From contig CP003263.1 of the NCBI GenBank assembly GCA_000331975.1, positions 231,432 through 263,431 of the forward strand: a stretch of DNA of 32,000 nucleotides, read 5' to 3'. The DNA comes from Candidatus Uzinura diaspidicola str. ASNER (GTDB lineage Bacteria; Bacteroidota; Bacteroidia; Flavobacteriales; Blattabacteriaceae). A program made the translations under genes and the position numbers. The notes below the pieces were generated by a model. The model worked only from the letters and a program-made list of their open reading frames with translations. It ran no database searches and was not told the origin of the DNA. Shown one piece after another: positions 1 to 6,588 of the stretch. Positions within the stretch are counted from its first letter, which is position 1. The number at the start of each line of letters is the position of its first letter.

Positions 1-290
1 CTTAAGCGTCACTGCACTTATCTCTCGCTTCTATTTGAATTTCTATCCAGTGTATCTATTTTCTTCAGGTTTATGGTTGCTTCAATAGCTAGTTTATTGA
101 AGTATTTATGTTTGTGATTGTAAAGAGCACCTATTTTTTACTAGCATATTTTTAAATAAGTTGGGATTCTTTCTTTAAAATTGTTTTGTTTTAGTTTTTA
201 ACTAAAAACCTTCTAAATGCTATTTGAGTACTATTCTAAGAATTTTAGAGTCTGCATTATCAATAAGGTATAAAAGGGAGTAATATAGAT

Positions 291-1373
291 ATGGTAACAC
301 AAGAGCAAATAAAGGAAGTCAATCAGCGTGTAAAAGACCTATATCTATCCCTTGATATAGAAGCTAAAGAACTACAAATATCTAATGTAGAAGAAAAAAT
401 AAACTATCCGCATTTTTGGCTTAATACTAAAGAAGCTAAGCGATTGATGAAAATACTACGGTCAAATAAAAAATGTACCGAGCTTTATAAGAAGTTATCT
501 TCTTATACAGAAGATCTACAATTACTATATGAGTTTCTTAAGAAGGGAGAGGCAACATCAGAAGAATTATATATACAATTACAAAATACAAAAAATATTA
601 TTTCAGATATTGAGAGAAATAATATGCTTTCTCTAGAAGAAGATCATCTAGGGGCAGTTTTGCAAATAGCTTCAGGAGCTGGAGGAACAGAAAGCTGTGA
701 TTGGGTATCAATGTTAATGCGAATGTATACTATGTGGGGAAAAAAAAATGAGTATAAAATTACAGTAATACATCATGTTTCTGGAGATGTGCATGGCATT
801 AAATCTGTTACTTTAGAACTAGAAGGAGAATATGCTTTTGGTCTCCTTAAGAGAGAAAATGGCGTACATCGACTAGTACGTATATCACCTTTTGATAGCA
901 ATTGTAAAAGACATACGTCTTTTGCCTCTGTATACGTCTATCCTTTAGTAGATGATTCTATTTCAATAGAAGTGAAAAACTATGATATTAAATGGGAGAC
1001 TTTTAGATCTAGCGGAGCTGGAGGACAGAACGTAAATAAAGTAGAAACTGCTGTTAGATTAACTCATTTACCAACAGGAGTTGTAGTAGAATGTCAAGAG
1101 GAACGGTCTCAGCATAAAAATAAAGAAAAGGCACTGCAACTATTGAAATCTAGGCTTTTTGAAATAGAAATGAAGGAAAAGAATGCGAAACGAAATGAAA
1201 TTGAAGAAAAAAAAAAGAAAATTGAGTGGGGGTCTCAAATTAGAAATTATGTAATGCACCCTTATAAACTTGTGAAAGACTTGCGTACTGGATATGAAAC
1301 TACTGATATAGAATCAGTATTGAATGGAGAACTGAATCCATTTATAAAAGAAATGAAATGGTTTCTTTGTTGA
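291..1373 (+). CDS. prfB: peptide chain release factor 2
   Basis: 360-aa ORF with the RF2 SPF tripeptide (RISPFDS) and GGQ motif ([10 protein letters not shown]). It aligns along its length with E. coli RF2 from memory. The ORF is uninterrupted, with no +1 frameshift site. Confidence 0.95.
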   Translation: MVTQEQIKEVNQRVKDLYLSLDIEAKELQISNVEEKINYPHFWLNTKEAKRLMKILRSNKKCTELYKKLSSYTEDLQLLYEFLKKGEATSEELYIQLQNTKNIISDIERNNMLSLEEDHLGAVLQIASGAGGTESCDWVSMLMRMYTMWGKKNEYKITVIHHVSGDVHGIKSVTLELEGEYAFGLLKRENGVHRLVRISPFDSNCKRHTSFASVYVYPLVDDSISIEVKNYDIKWETFRSSGAGGQNVNKVETAVRLTHLPTGVVVECQEERSQHKNKEKALQLLKSRLFEIEMKEKNAKRNEIEEKKKKIEWGSQIRNYVMHPYKLVKDLRTGYETTDIESVLNGELNPFIKEMKWFLC

Positions 1374-2064
1374 TAGAATTCAGAGTTCTATTAAAGATAT
1401 TAAATGCTTCTCCTTTTTGTTCAAAGACAGAATTTTGGACTGAATGACATAACTCCTCCACTTAGTTTTTGGATACAAAGAGTAGCGTAAATATGCTGAA
1501 TAGCAGTGAATGCTTTTTTAGCATTATGTTTTTGTTTCATTTTATAAGTTGCCATCTGAGCGTTTATAGAATATTCTTCTAATCCTTCAAACTGTTTATC
1601 AAGAATTTTTTAGATATAAATTGCTTCACGATCTTCATCGTATTAATGAAGACGTTTCCTCTACTTTTTTCTGAGGAATAAAATGTGTAAGATAGCCTTC
1701 TTTGTGGACTAATTTATCCAGTAACATAGCAAATCTTCAAGAGAAACAAAAAATTTAGAGCTTCCTGGCTGATCTAACTGTAAATCTACCCTACGAGAAT
1801 CATGAAGTTCTGGAGCTTTAAGTATAGCTAAAATTCTCCTGAAGCTGTTTTAGGTACATTCTAAAATAATTATGCAAGGTACCAAGTGTTTGACTTTCTT
1901 CTTAACGTTTAAATATTTCTTTTGCCTCTATAGATTGTATAATATCGATGCCCTTCCATAATCCTTCCAGTTTGTTTATCTACTTCACTTGCCCTTATAG
2001 TACATCTATCTCAAAAAATATATAAGCTCCAATCGTAGTTTTTTACATAATAATCTTTTAATAT

Positions 2065-2120
2065 TTCTTTTTGATTCTTTTTGATTCTTTTTGATTCTTT
2101 TTGATTCTTTTGATTCTTTT
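2065..2120. repeat. tandem repeat, 10-bp unit TTGATTCTTT, about 5.5 copies
   Basis: Read directly: four perfect copies at 2071-2110, a partial leading copy, and a final copy missing one T. Confidence 0.95.
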
Positions 2121-2350
2121 CTTCTTCTTAAATTTTTTTGTCATGAAGTATAAAGAAATCTTTCAAAAACATTTGTAGAAAGCACATCGATTACTTTATC
2201 GGTAAGTTCTATATAATTCATTTACAACAATCATCTCTCTTAGGCATTTCCCTATCGTTATCTTACATTTCTGTTCAATGTAATAACGAACGGATATTCT
2301 CGTAACTAAGAAATTTTATGAGTGTGGTACCACCCTTTTTCTTATCTCCT

Positions 2351-2413
2351 AAGAAGAGATAAGAAGAGATAAGAAGAGATAAGAAGAGATAAGAAGAGAT
2401 AAGAAGAGATAAG
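2351..2413. repeat. tandem repeat, 10-bp unit AAGAAGAGAT, 6 perfect copies plus AAG
   Basis: Read directly: six identical units at 2351-2410. It is preceded by CTTATCTC (2341-2348), which is complementary to GAGATAAG in the array. Confidence 0.95.
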
Positions 2414-2466
2414 TTCACGAGTTTTAAAGTAGAGACGTTGCTGCTGAATAATTATTTCAATTTGCT

Positions 2467-2571
2467 ATTAACTTGTGATTAACTTGTGATTAACTTGTGA
2501 TTAACTTGTGATTAACTTGTGATTAACTTGTGATTAACTTGTGATTAACTTGTGATTAACTTGTGATTAAC
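2467..2571. repeat. tandem repeat, 11-bp unit ATTAACTTGTG, 9 perfect copies plus a 6-nt partial
   Basis: Read directly: nine identical units at 2467-2565, then ATTAAC. Confidence 0.95.
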
Positions 2572-3028
2572 GTACATATATCATTATATGAGTACGACCC
2601 TCATCAATTAATACTGAGTAAATTTAATCTACTAGATAAATATCATTGTTAGTTCCATAAAAATATCTGTATTGGGAAGATGATTCTCTATACAATCTAG
2701 ACTCGGAGGAATACCTCCTATAATTTGAGCATCAAAATATCCATATCCCATACTATAGATTTACCAACAGTAATTCCATTAATTCCATGTGTTATTCCAA
2801 AATGCCTGTCAAGAATCATTAATGAAAGAGAAGCTCTAAGAGTATCTTTTTCTCAACGGTTATTAGGGATTATCTATAGCTTTCTAGTTCTACCGCTTGT
2901 TTTCTTAACATAGCAATAACAGTTTTTTTAGTTTTTTTAGCTCGTTGAGTTTTAAATTCTATGGTCTTCTCCCTTAACCTGTTCATATCTATAGAATAGC
3001 TCTATTTGTTTTCCCCCCTAAAACCTCA

Positions 3029-3250
3029 TCAATATTCATCCTCATTGAAAAAAAAATCTTCTTGAGTAGGGTAATCTATCCATATATCTTCTATAGATTC
3101 GAAGATTTCACTATCATCCTCTAACTCTTGAAGATTCTCAATAATTTCTAAAGGAGCTCCGCTCCGTATTGCATAATCAATAAGCTCTTCTTTATTGGCA
3201 GGCCAAGGCGCATCTTCTAGATGAGAAGCTAATTCTAATGTCCAATACAT
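3029..3250 (-). CDS. DUF2795 domain-containing small acidic protein
   Basis: MYWTLELASHLEDAPWPANKEELIDYAIRSGAPLEIIENLQELEDD matches the DUF2795 family common in Bacteroidota. I use the start at M18 of the tracked ORF because the longer ORF (to 3301) runs into the tRNA at 3294-3368. Confidence 0.8.
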   Translation of the reverse strand: MYWTLELASHLEDAPWPANKEELIDYAIRSGAPLEIIENLQELEDDSEIFESIEDIWIDYPTQEDFFFNEDEY

Positions 3251-3293
3251 AATTTTAAAAGATTCAGGTCTTATTTTAGCATATCGATAGAAG

Positions 3294-3368
3294 TGGTCCA
3301 AACAGGATTCGGACCTGTGACACTTTGATTATGAGTCAAATGCTCTAACCAAACTGAGCTATTGGACC
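3294..3368 (-). tRNA. tRNA-Met (anticodon CAU), elongator-like; a lysidine-modified tRNA-Ile2 cannot be excluded
   Basis: The reverse complement folds as a cloverleaf: acceptor GGTCCAA/TTGGACC, D arm GCTC..GAGC, anticodon stem TTTGA/TCAAA with loop CTCATAA, T stem ACAGG/CCTGT. It closely resembles E. coli elongator tRNA-Met in the D and T arms. CCA is not encoded. Confidence 0.88.
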
Positions 3369-3472
3369 TACATTATACAATATTAAGAAAAATTAAATTA
3401 AACAAATATAGTATATTATTTTTTACCATGTATTTATTAACTATTATTTTCCACCAATCTTTATTTTAAGAA

Positions 3473-3787
3473 ATGGAAAAAAGTATAAGAAACAAAAAGA
3501 TTTCTTCTTTAATAAAAAAAGAAATGGCGAAGATATTTCTTCTTGAGACTATCGAAAAAGGGATACTTATTAGTATAAGCCAAGTACAAATGAATACAAA
3601 TCTAGTAAATGCCAAACTTTATCTAAATATTTTTCCAAGACAAAATAAGAACAAAATTTTAAGAAACATTAAAAAAAAATCTGTACATTACCGAAAAATT
3701 CTTGGTAAACAGCTACGAAACCAATTAAGAACAATTCCAGTTATTCATTTTTACATTGATGAATCACTAGACGATCTAGAAAAGTAA
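3473..3787 (+). CDS. rbfA: ribosome-binding factor A
   Basis: 104-aa ORF with the RbfA-like pattern (KISSLIKKEMAKIF...ISISQVQMNTNLVNAKLYLNIF...IPVIHFYIDES). Confidence 0.85.
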   Translation: MEKSIRNKKISSLIKKEMAKIFLLETIEKGILISISQVQMNTNLVNAKLYLNIFPRQNKNKILRNIKKKSVHYRKILGKQLRNQLRTIPVIHFYIDESLDDLEK

Positions 3788-3848
3788 AAAATAAAAGCCA
3801 CATCTCTTTCCATGTTATATTGCGTTAAAAGTTTTATAAATTATATTC

Positions 3849-5492
3849 ATGATATATACTAACATCTCCATAAATTTTATTGAAGAAATAATTCAAGAAG
3901 ATATTAATAAAGGGTTTCCCAAAAAAAAACTTCGCTTCCGTTTCCCCCCTGAACCAAATGGTTATCTCCATATAGGACACGCTAAGTCTATATGTTTGAA
4001 CTTCGGATTAGCTAAAAAGTATAAAGCTTTCGTTAACTTAAGATTCGACGATACCAACCCAACAAAAGAAGAAAATATCTATGTTAACGCCATAAAAAAT
4101 GATATTCAATGGCTAGGTTTTATCTGGGATAAAGAATGTTATGCTTCGGATTGCTTTGAAAAACTCTATAAATGGGCCTTCCAATTTATCAAAGAAGGAA
4201 AGGCTTATATAGATGAACAACCCCAAGATATCATTCTTAAACAGAGAAAAACACCTTTCGAACCAGGAATTGACAGCCCATATCGAACCCGTCCAGTAAG
4301 AGAAAGTTTAGTTTTATTTAAAAAGATGAAGGATGGAAAATTTGAAGAAGGAGAAGGCGTTCTCCGTGCAAAAATAAATATGAAGTCCGCAAATATGAAT
4401 TTGCGAGATCCAATTATGTTTAGGATATTAAAAGTTATCCATCAAAAAACTAAAAATAAATGGGATGTCTATCCAATTTATGATTGGGCTCATGGTCAAT
4501 CAGACTTTATAGAAAAAATATCGCACTCACTCTGTTCTCTAGAGTTTGAGAATCACAGGCCTCTTTACGAATGGTATTTAAAAAATATAAAAAAAAAAGA
4601 AAGATCTAAACAAATAGAATTTGCCAGACTAAATATAAGTGATACTATCATGAGCAAGCGCAAACTTTATATTGTTATAAAGGATGGGTTCGTAGAAGAT
4701 TGGGATGATCCACGTTTATCCTCTTTGAGAGGGTTAAGAAGGAAAGGATATACTCCAGAAAGCATACGAGATTTTTGCCATCGCATTGGTATTTCCAAAC
4801 GAGATAATGTTATTAATTTAAAATTACTAGAATCTAGCATTAGAGAACAACTAAATAAAATAGCTATTAGAGTAATGGTTGTTCTGAATCCTTTAAAGCT
4901 TGTTATAGAAAATTATCCTGAAGATAAAATTGAATGGTTTCCGGCAGAAAACAACCAAGAATCTCAAAAATCAGGAAAAAGAAAAATCCCTTTATCTAAA
5001 AAATTATATATTGAAAGAGAAGATTTTCTGGAAAAAGCAACTAAAACTTTTCATCGTTTAAGTATAGGAAAAGAGGTACGATTAAAAAACGCTTATATCA
5101 TAAAAGGAACTGGATTTCTGAAGGAATCCACTGGAAATATTATTGAAATTAGTGCAGTCTATGACACTAAAAGTCAATCAGGTAGTGAATCATCTAGAAG
5201 AAAAATAAAATGTACGTTGCATTGGGTAGATGCAATACAAACTCTTGATATCGAAACAAGACAATATGAGCTATTATTTTCTTTAGAAGTTCCCGATGCA
5301 AAAAAATATTTTTTAAGATTTTTTAATCACCACTCATTAAAAATAGTTCACGGTTATGGAGAACCATTTCTAAGAAAAGTAAGGCCAGGGGAATTTTTTC
5401 AATTCCAACGAATAGGATATTTCTGTGTAGATCAAAAGAGTTCTAGTATTATTTTTAATAGAACTGTAATACTTAGACAGTCCCACTTATAA
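3849..5492 (+). CDS. glnS: glutaminyl-tRNA synthetase
   Basis: 547 aa with RFPPEPNGYLHIGHAKS (HIGH), LRFDDTNPTKEE and IMSKRKL (KMSKS-like). Its stop overlaps the sucB stop (TTATAA at 5487-5492). Confidence 0.95.
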   Translation: MIYTNISINFIEEIIQEDINKGFPKKKLRFRFPPEPNGYLHIGHAKSICLNFGLAKKYKAFVNLRFDDTNPTKEENIYVNAIKNDIQWLGFIWDKECYASDCFEKLYKWAFQFIKEGKAYIDEQPQDIILKQRKTPFEPGIDSPYRTRPVRESLVLFKKMKDGKFEEGEGVLRAKINMKSANMNLRDPIMFRILKVIHQKTKNKWDVYPIYDWAHGQSDFIEKISHSLCSLEFENHRPLYEWYLKNIKKKERSKQIEFARLNISDTIMSKRKLYIVIKDGFVEDWDDPRLSSLRGLRRKGYTPESIRDFCHRIGISKRDNVINLKLLESSIREQLNKIAIRVMVVLNPLKLVIENYPEDKIEWFPAENNQESQKSGKRKIPLSKKLYIEREDFLEKATKTFHRLSIGKEVRLKNAYIIKGTGFLKESTGNIIEISAVYDTKSQSGSESSRRKIKCTLHWVDAIQTLDIETRQYELLFSLEVPDAKKYFLRFFNHHSLKIVHGYGEPFLRKVRPGEFFQFQRIGYFCVDQKSSSIIFNRTVILRQSHL

Positions 5493-6584
5493 TTCTAAAA
5501 CATCGGAAACTTTTTCCCCGTTCATTAGAATTTCTAATGGGTTCTCTAATGCCTCTTTAACAGCTACTAAAAATCCAACAGATTCCCGGCCATCTATAAT
5601 TCTGTGATCATAAGAAAGGGCAAGATACATGATGGGTCTAATTGTTATCTTTCTATCTAGAACTACTGGACGATTTACTATATTGTGTAATCCTAAAATA
5701 GCGCTTTGAGGATGATTGATAATTGGAGTAGAAAACATAGAACCAAACAAGCCACCGTTGCTTATAGTAAAAGTGCCACCAGTAATTTCATCCACAGTAA
5801 TTTTACCATTACGAGCCAGAAAGGCTAAACGTTTAAGTTCTTTTTCTATTTCTATAAACGAAAGAATATCTGCATTTCTTACTACCGGCACCATCAGCCC
5901 TTTGGGGCTAGATACAGCAATACTTATATCATAAAAATGATAACAAATTTTTTCTTCTACATCAATAATAGAATTAACGTCAGGATACATTTTAAGAGCT
6001 TGAACACAAGCTTTAGTAAAGAAAGATATAATCCCTAGATTTATACCATGACGCTTTTGAAAAGCTTCTTTATATTTTGCTCTTATTTCATTGATAGAAC
6101 TCATATCCAATTCATTAAAAGTAGTAAGCATTGCTGTCTTATTTCTAGCGCTAACTAATCGCTCAGAAAGCTTACGACGAAGTTTGGAAAGCCTCTCTCT
6201 GTTAGAAGTACGAGAAATGCTAGAAGGATCATTTGTAATCCGCCTCTCTAGTCCAGAACCATTAGTAATTAGATTTTTTTCATACAAAATCTTACTTGCT
6301 GATATATTTTCATGTTGTTGAGGTATTACGCTTTTTTTTGTTCTTTCCTTTGATGTATCAATCATACAGATTATATCTCCTATTTGCAAAGTATCACCTG
6401 CCTTGGCTTTTAATTTTATTATTCCATTTTTCTCAGCTGTTAGCTCCAAAGTAGCTTTGTCAGAATCTATCTCTACTATTGGTTGATCTTTTTCTACATA
6501 GTCACCCTCTTTAACAAGCCAAGAGGAAATTTCAACATCTTTGATAGATTCTCCTGGAGATGGTATTTTCATTTCGATTATCAT
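5487..6584 (-). CDS. sucB: 2-oxoglutarate dehydrogenase E2, dihydrolipoamide succinyltransferase
   Basis: N-terminal lipoyl domain (EIDSDKATLEL), a degenerate E3-binding segment and a catalytic domain with SYDHRIIDGRE. It lies directly downstream of sucA. Confidence 0.92.
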   Translation of the reverse strand: MIIEMKIPSPGESIKDVEISSWLVKEGDYVEKDQPIVEIDSDKATLELTAEKNGIIKLKAKAGDTLQIGDIICMIDTSKERTKKSVIPQQHENISASKILYEKNLITNGSGLERRITNDPSSISRTSNRERLSKLRRKLSERLVSARNKTAMLTTFNELDMSSINEIRAKYKEAFQKRHGINLGIISFFTKACVQALKMYPDVNSIIDVEEKICYHFYDISIAVSSPKGLMVPVVRNADILSFIEIEKELKRLAFLARNGKITVDEITGGTFTISNGGLFGSMFSTPIINHPQSAILGLHNIVNRPVVLDRKITIRPIMYLALSYDHRIIDGRESVGFLVAVKEALENPLEILMNGEKVSDVLEL

Positions 6585-6588
6585 ACTT

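Larger units (their letters stand above)
1421..2986 (-). pseudogene. decayed class A penicillin-binding protein (PBP1A-like glycosyltransferase/transpeptidase) remnant
   Basis: There is no long ORF. Minus-strand frames give protein-like fragments broken by stops and frameshifts. These include MNRLREKTIEFKTQRAKKTKKTVIAMLRKQAVELESYR*, ILDRHFGITHGINGITVGKS (compare the GT51 box EDxxFxxHxGxD) and IIGGIPPSL (compare GGSTITQQ). Also present are RASEVDKQTGRIMEG (compare the xxDpxTGxIxAmvGG box) and LDQPGSSKFFVSLEDLL (compare the SxxK box QPGSSFKPFVY). About 1.57 kb remains of a gene normally about 2.3 kb. Confidence 0.5.

Noticed and set aside
18-140. Protein-like minus-strand fragment (…GALYNHKHKYFNKLAIEATINLKKIDTLDRNSNRSER*) upstream of prfB
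   Set aside because: It is only about 40 codons, has no start codon and matches no family I recognise. It may be another gene remnant, but the evidence is too thin to call.
188-209. Imperfect hairpin GTTTTAGTT-TTT-AACTAAAAAC upstream of prfB
   Set aside because: The stem is entirely AT-rich with a bulge and no following U-tract. Such hairpins are expected by chance at this base composition.
2351-2413. 10-nt identity (AGAAGAGATA) between the array-2 unit and the core of the greA/proS 30-bp repeat
   Set aside because: It is a single 10-mer match in a purine-rich, AT-biased sequence, and the flanking bases differ. This is plausibly chance, so no link is claimed.
2065-2571. Possible CRISPR array
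   Set aside because: The repeats are directly tandem with no spacers, the units are only 10-11 bp, and there are no cas genes nearby. These are minisatellite-type arrays, not CRISPR.
2725-2913. 62-aa plus-strand ORF in the track
   Set aside because: It lies antisense to the PBP1A-like pseudogene fragments, has no recognisable family and has a low-complexity hydrophobic composition. It is most likely a shadow ORF in decayed DNA.
3251-3301. Longer N-terminus of the DUF2795 ORF (MDHFYRYAKIRPESFKI…)
   Set aside because: The extension overlaps the 3' end of the tRNA-Met gene and precedes the conserved family start MYWTLELA. The internal ATG at 3250 is preferred.
5716-6321. Plus-strand ORFs of 72 and 76 aa inside sucB. 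Similar antisense ORFs occur at 7401-7592 (sucA), 10670-10885 and 11347-11556 (alaS), 15286-15468 (greA), 18167-18487 (aroA), 21097-21673 (glyQS), 24071-24286 (pheS) and 30192-30449 (rsmG).
   Set aside because: All are fully nested antisense to strongly supported conserved genes and have no recognisable motifs. They are typical shadow ORFs in AT-rich sequence.
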